The notes: generated from the sequence alone by a model not told the origin. DNA of 64,000 nt from Octopus vulgaris (GCA_951406725.2 OX597832.1:27838001-27902000); one strand, 5' to 3'; positions 25,560 through 38,695 are shown, numbered from the stretch's first letter. Translations and numbers: made by a program.

Positions 25560-26171
25560 TTTGTCAGTCCTTACACTGTGGCCATGCTGGGGCACTATTT
25601 CGAAGAATCTTTAGTTGAATGGATCGATGCCAGTTCTTTTTTTTTTTTGTAAAGCCTGGTACTTCTTTCCCTGAACTGTTAAGTTACAGGGATTTAAACA
25701 AACCAACACTGGTTGTCAAGTGGTGGGGAGAGATGGACAGACAGACAGACAGACACACACATAGCAACAGGCTTCTTTTCAGTTTCTATCTACCAAATCC
25801 ACTCATAAAGCTTTGGTCAGCCTGAAGCTGTAGTAGAAGATACTTGTCCAAGGTGCCATGTAGCGGGACTGAACCTGGGACCATGTGGTTGGGAAGCAAG
25901 CTTCTTATTTCTTTATTGCCCATAAGGGGCTAAACACAGAGAGGACAAACAAGGACAGACAAACGGATTAAGTCGATTACATCAATACCTGGTGCGTAAC
26001 TGGTACTTAATTTATCGACCCCGAAAGGATGAAAGGCAAAGTTGACCTTGGTGGAATTTGAACTCAGAACGTAGCGGCAGACGAAATACTGCAAAGCATT
26101 TCGCCCGACGTGCTAACGATTCTGCCAGCTCACTGCCTCTTACCATTTCTTACTACACAGCCACATCTGCA
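25560..26171 (-). mobile_element. Older SINE A copy interrupted by a full SINE B (25907-26138)
   Basis: A sequence breaks at gcaagcttctta and resumes as ttcttactacacagccac after the B copy. Confidence 0.8.
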
Positions 26172-26357
26172 CTATTGGTGTTCTTTTCTCATGCAAAGTG
26201 TGATCTGAGAAGCATTGGCTGCTAATTCTAGCAAATCAAGTGTCTTTGCTGACTCTCAAGATGCGTGATGTTGGTGTTGTGGTTTAGTGAGGGACTCGGG
26301 GAAATGGTGCTTCGTTACTGCTGGCATTGTGGTATAGGGTAGAATATGGGTAAGACT

Positions 26358-27365
26358 AGCAGGAGCAGCTGTGTGGTAAGAAGCTTGCTTCCAAATCACA
26401 TGGTTCTGGGCTCAGTCCCACTGCATGGCACCTTTGGCAAGTGTCTTCTACTATAGCTTCAGGGCCAGCCAAAGCCCTGTGAGCGGATTTCGGAAATGGA
26501 GTCTGAAAGAAGCCTGTCGTATGTGTGTGTGTGTTTTTCAGAAAACGAAAAAATAGTTTCACCATCCCATAACAAAACCGTTGTATTACACTTTGACAAT
26601 TTTTGATATTTTGGCATCTGAAGGAGCTGGAGATACAATAGTTTGACCAAAAGAATCGGCTATTGCAAGCAGAGATAAATATTGAAAAAAAAAACACATG
26701 GCCAAATTTGGACATACGACAGTTTAACATACCATCATCATCATCATTATCATTTAACGTCCATTGTCCATGCTGGCATGGGTTGGATGGTTTGACTGGG
26801 CTGATTACCTGGGAGGCTGCACCAGACACCAGTCTGATTTGGCATGGTTTTCTACAGCTGAATGCCCTTCCTAACACCAACCACTCAGCAGAGTGTAGTG
26901 GGGGGTTTTGCATGACACCTCGGTGCCAATTAGTGTGACACTGGTATCTGCCGCGACAGCAATTTTGCTCGGCTTCATGGGTCTTCTTCTCAAGCACAAC
27001 ATAATGCCAAAGGTCTTGGTTATTGCCCCCTGGTGAGGCCTGTTTCCACGAGGCCCAACACTCAAAAGGAACTCAACCACTTTGGCTCCGTCAGGCCGAA
27101 CGTTCGAGAGGAACTCAGCCACTTTGCCTGTATATGCCTTTGTTTCTCTGTTTGTCCCCCACTGCTGTTTGACAACTGGTGTTGGTTTGTTTATGTTCCC
27201 ATAACTTATCAGTTCGGTAAAAGGGACCAATAGAATGGAAATCAAACTTAAAAAAAGACAACGAAAGATCTAGGTCCTGGGGTCGATTCATTTGACTAAA
27301 AAATTCTTCAAAATAGTGTCCCAGCATGGCCACGTTCTAATGACTGAAACAAGTAAAAGATAGAA
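26358..27365 (+). mobile_element. SINE A split at its internal (TG)n by ~600 nt of inserted DNA, including a minus-strand family D copy (~26735-27010)
   Basis: Head half 26358-26532; tail half ~27135-27365. Confidence 0.7.
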
Positions 27366-28095
27366 GATCGTAGTAGAAGGCCCGGTTCTGGTGCGGTGGG
27401 GGGTTTACATTTTTGGGTGGGGAGGATAGGAAAGTAGCAAACGCAGATGTATATTTTGGTTAATGCAGGAAGAGAATTCCAGAAGATGGCATGTCAACTA
27501 CTTGTTTGTTCCAGTTAACCCCCCCCCCTATACACCCCTATTATCTCCCTTTACTACCTACCTACCTACCCCACTATGCCTAACCCCAGTTATTTGGCTA
27601 GTGAAGGGGTCTGTATGCAATCACCTTAAGCTGGCAGAAATAGCAGCCAAATCTCATTCAAATCTCAACCTACTTTTCTTAGATAAGAAAAGGAATTACT
27701 AGATAATGAAGTTATACAGAATTCCAGGAAAGACAAGGCGGTCATGATTGGAATGTCTGTCAGTGTTGGTCTGGAAGTAAATAACAAGAACAAACAATCT
27801 GGTTGAAGAGGATGCCTCACTAACCTGCTAGAAATAGCTGTCAAGTTACCTCAAACCCACACCATGCTGCTTTTAAAAAAAAAGGGAGGACACCTTGATC
27901 AGTGTAACCCCAGTCATACAAAATCACAGTGATGGTCACAGTTGGAATGCCTTTAATCACAGGCCTGCATGATTGGGGCCTGACCTGGAGCTATACGACA
28001 ATAAGTACCACTACGTACCCCATTCATATATCCTGTTTTTCGAGAAATCAGATTTCTTATTGCTTAGACACCATATGCATGTACATGTGTGTGTA

Positions 28096-28127
<32 letters not shown>

Positions 28128-28743
28128 AGTTTATATAAACACACACACACACACACGCACACACACACGCATATCTTTCCACCCCGCTCTCGTACAACAC
28201 CATACGTAAATAAACCATTAGCGCCATACTCTTGTATCTAGCCGAGCATTTCTCTTCCCCTTTTCACTTCCTGTTTATCAATATTTATAAAAACGTCAGA
28301 GAACAATCTAGAAAAACCTACTTTTCCCTACCAGTTAAAAATGTGACCACAGTTGCTCTCCCCCCACTGCCAGCCCCACCCCTAACAGTGGGGGCAACTG
28401 TCTGACCCCAATTTCATGTTCATTCATATTTCTATTCTCAAATATGAATCTTTTATAAACCTTCAGAATTCCCTCAAAGAAAAGAAAATTAGGATCCACG
28501 ATCAGTGGTGATGGTCATCATTTGTCAGTTACCTCCCTTACTTTTGTGCTCTCCACTCTTGGCTTCATAAACTCTTCTAAAATTACTTCTGTCCTCTTTT
28601 ACGTGTACTCTTTCTGTTGGTACATTTGCTGTCTTGTACTCTTTTGAAGTTATCTTTTGAAGTTATCTTTTCCTTATTCTTATTTACCTCTTGTTACGAC
28701 CCCTTATCAAATTCTCATCACCTCCTCCTCTGTACTCTCTTGG

Positions 28744-29103
28744 GTGTAGGGTGTGGCTGTGTGGTAAGAAGCTTGCTTCCCAACCACATGGTTCCAGGTT
28801 CAGTCCCACTGCTTGGTACCTTGAGTAAGTGTATTCTACTATAGTCTCGGGCCAATCAAGGCCTTGTGAGTAGATTTGGTGGATGGAAACTGAAAGAAGC
28901 CCGTTGTGTGTGTGTATCTTTGTGTTTACCCACCCCCTCTGCTTGACAACCCATGTTGGTTTGTTTACATCCCTGTAACATTGAGGTTCAGCAAAAGAGA
29001 GTAATAAAATAGATACTGGGGTTGATTTGTTAAGCTAAAATTCTTCAATGTGTTGCCCCAGCATGGCCACAGTCCAATGACTGAAACAAGTAAAAGATAA
29101 AAA
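28744..29103 (+). mobile_element. SINE family A, older subfamily (gtaaaagataaaa tail)
   Basis: Colinear with family A; CpGs decayed. Confidence 0.85.
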
Positions 29104-29505
29104 AGAGGCCTTTGTTTTCGTACTCTGCTGTACTCAACTCTTGTACTTTTTTTGTATTTGTCTCTTTATCTTGTAATCTTCTGTAATTTTCTGCTTAGTA
29201 CTTACCAAATAAACATACATGTGTAGATTTATTTACAACTCATTTACAAACACTTAGTGTCAGTGATTATGTTAATTAGCATACAACACTAATGAATGTA
29301 CTGATGTGTACTCACAGCAAAGTCAGTGCTGGCTTGTCATCATCATCATCATCATCATCGTTTAACATCCGCTTTCCATGCTAGCATGGGTTGGACGAAT
29401 GACTGAGGGCTCGCAAACCAGATGGCCGCACCAGGCTTCAATCTTGATCCGGCAGAGTTTATAAATATTCTCTCTTTTCTCTCTGTAGACCTGAAGTAGT
29501 AGCCA

Positions 29506-29545
29506 TTCCTGATGAGTTGGCAATGACCTGGTGAAACTAGTTGAG
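29506..29545 (+). ncRNA. CpG-decayed minimal hammerhead motif
   Basis: ttc-CTGATGA-gttgg(caatgac)ctggt-GAAA-CTAG-TT-gag. Confidence 0.5.
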
Positions 29546-29738
29546 CTGTTTTCATGTTTGTCTGACTGAGAGAATCCTGTGATTTAATCAGGGGTTATAG
29601 CATCAGGGGTGATAGTATTTGGACAGTCAGACGAACTGGATGTTTGTTAAAAGACAAAAATTTATTTACAAGTTACCTGCTACCTCAGTGCTTCGTTTAT
29701 ATATTACCTACAGACACATATATATGAACACATACACA

Positions 29739-29820
<82 letters not shown>

Positions 29821-30565
29821 TTATATATGTATATATATATATGTATGTATGTTTAGTCTTTTGTTGAAGGAAGGCAGCAGTGGGAGGGAGGGGGGAATAA
29901 CGAGGATGTTTTTGTAGATAAAATGCAGTTTGTTTCCAGGTGGGGGTGAATGGGTGGGTGGTGGTGTGTGGTGTATGGATTGGGAAAAAAGCTTGCCAAA
30001 GGGGGAATGCAGGAAAGCTGACATGAAGAAAAATTCAGCTGCAAAACTGTCGGTGGGGTGTTTCCACCCACTCCCAAAATTTGCATAAACACAAACGCAT
30101 ACATACATGGCGTACATGTGCATTTCGTTGTGGTTACCATTGCCAAAATCTTGGGTGTTTCCTTGTCATTCTTGTGATATCTTGAACTAAAGCCAGATGA
30201 TAAGTACAAAGAAATATGCCTGTTTATTGATCATAGTCTTTGGAAATGGTAATTCTCAGAAAATTGTTGCAGTCGTAGAAACTCTGCGCCCTCTCCCCTA
30301 ATTATGACTTCTCTCTTCCTTCCAATGAATCTTCGTAGACAAGAAGAACTCAGGAAATGTCTATTCTCTCCTACTCTGCCCACTCCCTCGTTGTTTTCTA
30401 CCTGTATATGGTAATTACTAATTAATGACTGTTAGCCTCGTTTATTTACTAAACATCAACTATCTCCGCCGATCTCCGCATTCTGGGCGTGGAGCAGGAC
30501 AATGGAGACTGCACACACATTACAAGTGAAATGATGGTAACCACCACCCCCACTCAAACTCCTTT

Positions 30566-31021
30566 CAAGTCTTCCCTCCACTCTAGTCTCCACTCAAGTC
30601 TTCCCTCCACTCTAGTCTCCACTCAAGTCTTCCCTCCACTCTAGTATCCACTCAAGTCTTCCCTCCACCTTAGTCTCCACTCAAATCTTCCCTCCACTCT
30701 AGTATCCACTCAAGTCTTCCCTCCACTCAAGTTTTCCCTCCACTCTAGTCTCCACTCAAGTCTTCCCTCCACTCTAGTCTCCACTCAAGTCTTCCCTCCA
30801 CTCTAGTCTCCACTCAAGTCTTCCCTCCACTCTAGTATCCACTCAAGTCTTCCCTCCACCTTAGTCTCCACTCAAATCTTCCCTCCACTCTAGTATCCAC
30901 TCAAGTCTTCCCTCCACTCAAGTTTTCCCTCCACTCTAGTCTCCACTCAAGTCTTCCCTCCACTCTAGTCTTCACTCAAGTCTTCCCGCCACTTTAGTCT
31001 CCACTCCACTCTAGTCTCCAC
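30566..31021. repeat. 29-nt minisatellite (tcaagtcttccctccactctagtctccac) with a 191-nt higher-order repeat
   Basis: Unit visible; the variant block starting at 30641 recurs at 30832. Confidence 0.92.
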
Positions 31022-31073
31022 TCTCAGATGGTGTCATTCAGAGGCTTTTTTTCCTGCTGTTGTTATTGTTGGT

Positions 31074-31320
31074 AGGAGCGTGGCTTAATGGTTTATGTAT
31101 TCGGCTCACCACTTCAAGGTTCTGAGTTCAGTTCCCGGTAGCACATTATGTCCTTGAGGAAAACACTTTATTTCACATTGCTCCAGTCCACTCAGCTGGC
31201 AAAAATGAGTTGTACCTGTATTTCAAAGGGCCAGTCTTGTCACATTCTGTGTCACACTGTATCTCCCTGAGAACTACGTTTAGGGTACATGTGTCTGTGG
31301 AGTGCTCAGCCACTTGCATG
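31074..31320 (+). mobile_element. SINE family C-type head with a different 3' part
   Basis: ggagcgtggcttaatggtt...gagttcagttccc...ttgctccagtccactcagctg. Confidence 0.7.
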
Positions 31321-31946
31321 TCAGTTTTATTGTTTAGAGCAAGAAATTTTGAGAGGACCATTGTGAAGTGTGGAGATTTATACTCAAGAGGATAAAAATT
31401 CTTCCAAAACTTTGTTCTGAGTTCAAATCTGCTGAGGTGGACTTTGTGTTTTGTCCTACGTGGGTCAGTAAAATAAAGCGTCAGACAAGAACTGAGTCAA
31501 CATGATTGCCTAACCCACCTTTTCTTTAAAATTGGTGGACTTGTGTCTAAATTAGAAACAACAACAACAATGATAATAATAATAATAATAATAATTGTAA
31601 TAATTATTAATACTATCACCACTACCACCACCACCACCATCATGCTGCTGAAGACTAAGTCATTGGATTAATTTATACCACAGTTCTGTGAAGATCTTTT
31701 AGTTCTCCTTTAGATGTTGCAAATTGTAGAGATATATATTTTTTTTAAATCCTTTGTTTTAATGTCAAAATACATTTTTAGTCGACAACTGCCATCACAA
31801 TTGAATGATATCCAGTCATCATAAATTCTCCGAAAGCATTTTTACTCCTCAATTTAATTAATTATTTCTTTCTGTTGTATTCATCTATTTATATTAATCT
31901 AATTAAAAAGACATCTGACTAATTAATTTTCCTCGTTCTCTTGCAG

Positions 31947-32008
31947 GCTTCAAGTGAACTTATTCCAAAATGTTTAAATATTGAACAAACCCAGTGAATG
32001 GGCTTCAG
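31947..32008 (+). other. Candidate 62-nt exon (probably 5' UTR; last ATG gives M-G-F-phase 2)
   Basis: Branch-like ctgactaat, pyrimidine tract ttttcctcgttctcttgcag, donor CAG|gtgagt; non-repetitive flanks; stops in all three frames. Confidence 0.6.
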
Positions 32009-32084
32009 GTGAGTCAGCCCCTCGTGTTTCTCTACTTCGCTACTTCCGTAATAAATATATTCTTAATCCTTCAGAAACAAACCC

Positions 32085-32440
32085 TTTTGAAAGTCAATGC
32101 AAGCGTGTTTGATGCCAGTGCTGCCTGACTGAGTCCCATGCTGGTGGCACGTAAAAAGCACCCTCTGAATATGGTCATTGCTAGTGCCACCTGACTGGTT
32201 CCTACCATTCGAGTGTGGTCATTGCCAGTGCCACCTGACTGGCCCCTGTGCTGGTGGTACATAAAACGCACCCACTACACTCTTGGAGTGGTTGGCATTA
32301 GGAAAGGCATCCAGCTGTAAAAACCTTGCCAGATCAGATTGGAGCCTGGTGCAGCCTCCTGGTTTGCCAGTCCTCAGTCAAATCGTCCAACCCATGCCAG
32401 CATGGAAAGTAGACATCAAACTATAATGATGATGATGATT
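32085..32440 (+). mobile_element. Family D retroposon
   Basis: Modules, aggaaaggcatccagc, (GAT)n tail. Confidence 0.8.
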
Positions 32441-32490
32441 GTTTAATGTACACAGTATATAGCTATGAGCTACTAATTGCATCATACTTT

Positions 32491-32997
32491 GAATCCATGG
32501 AAGGGTTCTAAAGTCTGCGATACAGCTGCTCAATGCGGAGAGGGTTGTAATCTCCAATTCACCAAAAGGAACTTGTCCATATGTTTGCTTTTACTGAAAA
32601 TTTCTGATCTGGGATTCAGCAGAGCAGTGGAATTCTTAGATCTAAAAAGGATATGTAATCTTTCAGCTATGCATAGCTTGCATATTTTTATCCATTAACC
32701 TATGGCGTGGAGTTTTCTGTGATTTTCCACCTGTAGACCAACTCCACACCACATACAGTCAAGTGGAAAATGGTAGAAAAATCGATGCTATAGGTTAATG
32801 TGTCAAAAAATGCAAGTTAGGATGAAAGATCACATATCCTTTTTAGATCTAAGAATTCTACTGCTCTGCTGAATTCCAGATCAGAAATTTTCAGCAAAGG
32901 CAAACATATGTACAAGTTTCTTTTAATGAATTGGAGAACACCGCCTTCTCCAGACTGAGCAGCTGTATTGTAGACTTTAGACCCTTTCCGTTGATTC
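32491..32997. repeat. ~500-nt fold-back (arms ~240 nt, loop ~26 nt)
   Basis: e.g. ctgaaaatttctgatctgggattcagcagagcagtggaattcttagatctaaaaaggatatgt pairs with acatatcctttttagatctaagaattctactgctctgctgaattccagatcagaaattttcag. Confidence 0.9.
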
Positions 32998-33335
32998 TAC
33001 ACCAACATGTTTTATGGGTGTATGGTCAAAAGGAACATAACTCTAATTCTCTTTGTTCTTTTTTTCCTTTCTTTTTCCGTTTCTTTCACCCTTCCACTTT
33101 TCACATTCGCCTTCATCTCATTTCTTTCTCACGATTCTTTTGTTCTGATTTGTAACTTGTATATGCCATGTGCCCAGAGCCTGAAGATTACTTGGAGACA
33201 CAAGGTGTATTATCAAAACCTGCTTAGAAAACATCTCCAATGTATGAAACTATTAGTAGCCCATAACATTTATTTCTCACCAGATGGAGTACTTTTTTTG
33301 CTGATCTTACCTTAACGGAAAGGTAAACTAAATAT

Positions 33336-33620
33336 ACATGGCTTAGTGGTTAGGGTGTTGCACTCATGATTGTGAGATCGTGGGTTCAATTCCCAGACTG
33401 AACATTGCATTGTGTTCTTGAACAAAGCACTTCATTTCACGTTGCTTTGCGATCATTTCGACACCTGACATCTGGCACTCAATTGCACCTGTACAGGTAA
33501 TGTCGATTTGATGGAGGGACTGAGCTTATTTCTACACAAACATTTGATCATTATAAACAAATCATCTGTGTTGTTATTCGGTAAGAAATTGTCGAATGCT
33601 CATACATTGTCTAATGATGG
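33336..33620 (+). mobile_element. SINE family C-type head with a third 3' part
   Basis: catggcttagtggttagggtgttg...gggttcaattccc...ttgtgttcttgaacaaagcacttcatttcacgttgct. Confidence 0.7.
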
Positions 33621-34175
33621 GAGAGAGTCCATTATTTCTATTATATATATAAAGAGAGAGAGAGAGAGAGAGAGAGAGATTACTTTGTGTTTGTCACAAA
33701 AGGCCTTGTGGACCCATGGAGGGCTTCTCTGTTTCTTAGACCCACTAACAATAATCACTGGACTTAGATCTTCAGAGTACATGTTGTGTGCACATGCATA
33801 CAAGTTCAGAATACACTGCATTGTTGAGTATACCAAGCACCATCATTTATAGTTTGTATGTGTGTGTGTGTTTAGAAAGTGCTGTCAAAATCCAGATTTT
33901 TTTCCCACGATACTAAAACCTGGAAGGTACATAATGGATTTGGAGGTGATACTTGTGTCCCAAAGCCATATTGTAAAAGCTAAGAAGTCCCCTAACTTTA
34001 TGATGTGACCTGACTTAACAAAAAAGCAGCCGCGTTGTTGAGTTGATTGCAACATGGAGAGCAGTCACATGGAATGATTTGTCATGCATATAAAGGAGAT
34101 AGAAAGTCCTGGAAGGGATGAGGACAGCAGAGCAGAATGGTTCTTGTAGATGTGGAAATGTTATGGTTCATAGAT

Positions 34176-34353
34176 AAGGGCTTTTCAACTGAAGCTCCAA
34201 GGGCTGCATGCGGCCCTCAAGCATCCTTCCGGTGGCCCTCTATAAATATAAACTTTTCTTTAATTTACTTGTATTTTATTTTTATGGGTTTGGCTCCCTA
34301 AAAAAATCCAGGTTTTGGGTCTGGCTTGGATGTTAAAAAGTTTAAGAACCACA
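34176..34353. mobile_element. hAT-like MITE remnant (related piece at ~15465-15530)
   Basis: agggcttttcaac...gggctgcatgcggccctc...aaaagtttaagaaccacag resembles hAT/Charlie-type MITE ends. Confidence 0.45.
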
Positions 34354-34837
34354 GCTGTAGATAGTTCCAAAATGTTCCAATTGGCTGGAACTGAACTTTG
34401 GAACAACAGAAGAATGGACAATGACAAGCTATTGAGCGAAGTGGAGAATATTTGCTCCTGGATATCAGAGAGATTTGTGTGTGGGTGTGTGTGTGAGAGA
34501 GAGAGAGAAGGGGAGAGCGAGTGTGTGTGAGAGAGGGAGAGAAAGAAACAAATGTTCAACACTTAGTGAAACCAAAGTAGTTGCTACATGGTTTGGTATG
34601 GTGGCTTCATGTCTTGCAAAATGGATGGATATACTCTGATGTGGACTAAAAGAACCCAGACATCCCGCTGGTGGCATCAGTGGCTGCTTGGCACCACTGG
34701 AGGGGATGATTCTGTTGAAAGTTGCCAAAATCCTTCAGATCTCCAGGCAACATCTGATGAAAGGAATGTGCCACATTCCAAGTTCTATGAAGAATTTGTG
34801 TGGGTATGTTCATATGTATATATATATATATATATAT

Positions 34838-34876
<39 letters not shown>

Positions 34877-35390
34877 CATTCAGATGAATATGGTACTTAA
34901 TTTGAAGCACCAGAATTTAGTATGGTATTATCCATACAATTTCAGAATTAGGTGATTAAAATCAAAATATGCAACAAGGATATCCAGAGGTAATGTAGTA
35001 CTGTCGTTTCAAGCAACTCCATTTGATTGAAAAATGCTATCATTACATCAATTTAAATGCAGAGCAATCCTCAGCTGGATAAAGACATAGAATTAAATTA
35101 AATTAAAACAGATGGACACATGAGTATAATTTTATAGGTACCCCCCCCCCCCCGCCGCCAAGAAGATAAGGAGATGGACAAAGAACATGCTGCCTTCACT
35201 TCAGCTTAGAAGCTACTAAGGTATCAGGGGGAAAGACTTGTTACAGATTTTGCTTGTCACTGTTTTATGGGGTCAGTTTTAATTTATAGACTAGTTTTAT
35301 CAAATCTTTGTATATCTAAGGCGGGAGAGAACAAGCAGCAGTGTCTGTTAGGAATAGGGTGGAGGGAGTTGACAGAAATCGTAGTGGGGT

Positions 35391-35881
35391 ATAGTCATGA
35401 AAAAAAAAAACTATCAAAATTTATTAGAAGCAATATCATGAGATTTGGTAAAGGAAAACTTAAAGCAAGATGTTAGCTGACAATTAAGGGGTGGGGTGGG
35501 GGCACTAGCAGACCATTAATAAAAAGTTTGGTAAAAGTATGGTATATATATATATATCATCATCATCATCATCATCATCATCATTTAGCGGCTAAAAAGT
35601 ATTCAAAAAACTTTTTATCTTTTTGTTATAATATTCTTCTTAATAATCTTCTGATTAACCCTAAACTTTAACTTTATACAATATGGCAATATTGTTTAAA
35701 ATATTTAGCTATAGTACTACATGATAAGATTTCCCCTGTTTTCATTATCAATGGTCTGCTATTGAGCGAAGTGGAGTCCCCTTTAATTGTCAGCTAACAT
35801 CTTGATTTAAGTTTTTCCTTTACCAAATCTCATGATGTTGCTTCTAATAAATCGCGTCAGTTTTTTTTTTTTATGACCATA
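35391..35881. repeat. Inverted repeat, arms ~135 nt, spacer ~215 nt
   Basis: atttattagaagcaatatcatgagatttggtaaaggaaaacttaaagcaagatgttagctgacaattaa pairs with ttaattgtcagctaacatcttgatttaagtttttcctttaccaaatctcatgatgttgcttctaataaat. Confidence 0.85.
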
Positions 35882-37399
35882 TATATATGTGAATATGCAT
35901 TATATTTTCTTTATAATAGCAATTTGAGCATGTTGTGCTGTAATTATCTGGATCAGAAATGACCCAAGGACACCTATAATCCCCAAAAAACCAGGCCAAA
36001 ATAAAACAAACCACACCCTAACCCTAACCCCCAGCCGATATTAACAAGAGGCAGAGGCCTAATTGTGGAACTGGTTTCCATTGCAGGGTGCCTGTGCAGA
36101 AGCAAACCAATTTGTGACTCAGTGGAATTTGTTTGAAACCAACTGCATCACATGTACAAAACAAAAGACATCATTCCTGCCAAAACAAGGCTGTTTGGTT
36201 CTCATATTCAAAAGTGTTCGCAACAATTCATCCACAATCTCCATTGAACGTAGCCCCCCCCCTCCACAATATTCCTTGCCCTGTTTCTCTCATTCTTCTT
36301 AATTATAATTCTTTATTATATTATCCATATTATATTTCATTCATAAATTTCTGATTCTTGCTTTTGAATACGTATTTCCGTCTCTTCGAGTTATTTCTTT
36401 CAACTTCTGGTGACATTTTCTTCCAGTTTCATTTCAACCATTCTTTTTGCCCCAAACGCTCCTTGCCTACAAATTAGATTTCATAATTTAATGTCCGTTT
36501 CCCCATGCTGCCTTGGGTTGGACTCTTGTCTTTTTATGCTGTGGCCATTTGAGGACAGATACAAGATACTGATGCAAAAAACCGTGACAGAACTCATTTG
36601 ATGTTGCCCATGTTGGCGTGACAACCATTTTAATATTTCTGATGTCGTCACATGAAATCTGGACAATTATGTGAATTAGTAATATCAAAAGGTATTCACG
36701 GTCAGTTTTGTGTTGTTTTATATTCTTTTTTCCACTTCAAAAATCAAATCAAATTAAAGTCATCTTGGTTACCCTCTCAGGTATATTTCCTTCATTCACA
36801 GGTGACAACTAATTTTCTAACAATTGTCATTCTTGTAACTTTGTTAATTTCTTTTTTCATTCTGTTTCTTCTCATTTTTGCTATATTAATTACATGGCTC
36901 TTTCCTCACCTGCATCAGGCTTTACATATGTATACACACATCCCTCCACCACACACACAACACACACACACACATATGTATGCATGCATACATACATGGT
37001 GGTTGTGAGTCCAACAACACAGGGACTGATGAGCAGGAAGGTGGAAAGAAGTGAGTATGGGAATGTGCTGAATAACTTTTGATGAAGAAATCTGTCCTGT
37101 CTAAAGTAAGAAAACACTGCAGAAATTTTGTAAAAGTATGGTTTGATTATAGGAAAGCATTTGGCGTTAGGAAGGGCATCCAGCTGTAGAAACACTGCCA
37201 GATCAGACTGGGACTGGTGCAGCCTTCTGGCTTCCCAGACCCAGTTGACGTTAAACGATGATGGTGATGATTTGACTATAATCCCCATTTATGCTTGTTG
37301 AAGTCTCTGCACTTAGCAGATGTACATTCTACGTTAGTCACTGCCATTGGGAGGCCCACAAAGACCTGACCCACAACCCTCACATTTATAACTGTGAGT

Positions 37400-37700
37400 G
37401 GAACAGTCGTATCCAGTGTTGTAAATATTTCATGGGAACATTCCAAGGAGATCGTATTCCTGTAATTCTATTTATTTTGGCATTGAATCCTTTAGCATTC
37501 CTGCTCCAAAATTCAAGTGGTTTCATGCTTGGATCTGCAACTGTTACAGAGATTAATGTGACCCATAATTTCTTGGTGGATGCCCTGAAGATTTATGCTG
37601 AATATTTTAACAATGCCAAAAAAACAGTTGGAATTACTAACGACATTTTCAACAGACACGGGAATGGAATTTGTCCAAAAGAAGTGTTTGTATTTGGTTG
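37400..37700 (+). mobile_element. Non-LTR reverse transcriptase fragment, R4/Dong-like
   Basis: GTFQGDRIPVILFILALNPLAFLL...THNFLVDALKIY corresponds to RT motifs GIFQGD.LS..LF.L.LNPL and (F/Y).DDLKLY. Confidence 0.75.
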
Positions 37701-38263
37701 TTGAATATGGAACAAAAGTATGGGCCCTCTCCGACCGTTGTTCTCAGACTTGTAGGCTTATACTTAGAGTGGCCTGATCCACCCCTAACCCTTTTTGCCA
37801 CTCTCACCGTTCAGTAAATTTATTTGTGGAAAACAGCTCCTTCTCCGCCCTTATCTTCCTTTTCAAGCAAAACATGTAAATATTGATGATGGTTTCACCA
37901 AAGAGGAAAGATTCTGTCGTCAAACCGTTCATCTTCATCCACCACTCAACCTCTTTTGCTATATCCTCGAGACAGACACACGAAAAACTTGCCTTTCCTA
38001 TGTGTTTACACATCTTTTTTTATAAACACAGATATCTTGTTTACCCCATCACTTATCTACCCCCTTCCTTTGCTGTTGTTACATCCCCTTAGGCGCACAC
38101 GCTGTACCCCTCTCTACTCACCCCCTACTTTCCTTAAACAACGAGCCTACCTCATCTCCTGGCTGTGTGTCCCTTCATTGCACTGGAGACAACTCTTAAC
38201 TGGACATATTATTATTATTATTATTATTTAGTAGTAGTAGTGGTAGTGGCAGCAGCAATAATT

Positions 38264-38299
<36 letters not shown>

Positions 38300-38302
38300 T
38301 TA

Positions 38303-38695
38303 AGGTAGGAGCTGGCATAATTGTTAGCACATCAGTTATAATGCTTAGTGGTATTTTGTCTGCCGTTATGTTCTGAGTTCAAGTTCCGCCGAGGTCGACT
38401 TTGCCTTTCATCCTTTCAGGGTCGATTAAATAAGTACCAGTTATGCACTGGGGTCGATATAATCAACTTAATCCATTTGTCTGTCCTTGTTTGTCCTCTC
38501 TCTGTTTAGCCCCTTGTGGGTAGTAAAGAAATAGGTATTTTGTCTGTCTTTACATTCTGAGTTCAAATTCCAAGGTCAGCTTTCCCTTTTAATCCTTCTG
38601 GGGTCGATGAAATAAGTAACAATTGAACACTGATATAATTGATTATCCCCTCCCCCCAAAATTTCAGACCTTGTGCCTGTCATAGAAAAGATTAT
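38303..38695 (+). mobile_element. Tandem SINE family B (full copy 38303-38532, then a headless copy with the alternative tail)
   Basis: Two gagttcaa.ttcc...ggggtcgat blocks with different 3' ends. Confidence 0.8.

Noticed and set aside
36014-36031. Telomere-like (CCCTAA)n
   Set aside because: Only about 2.5 units; not an interstitial telomere
36330-36700. Possible Tc1-like transposase relic on the minus strand (VLKWP…AAWG)
   Set aside because: Too degenerate to support without a profile search
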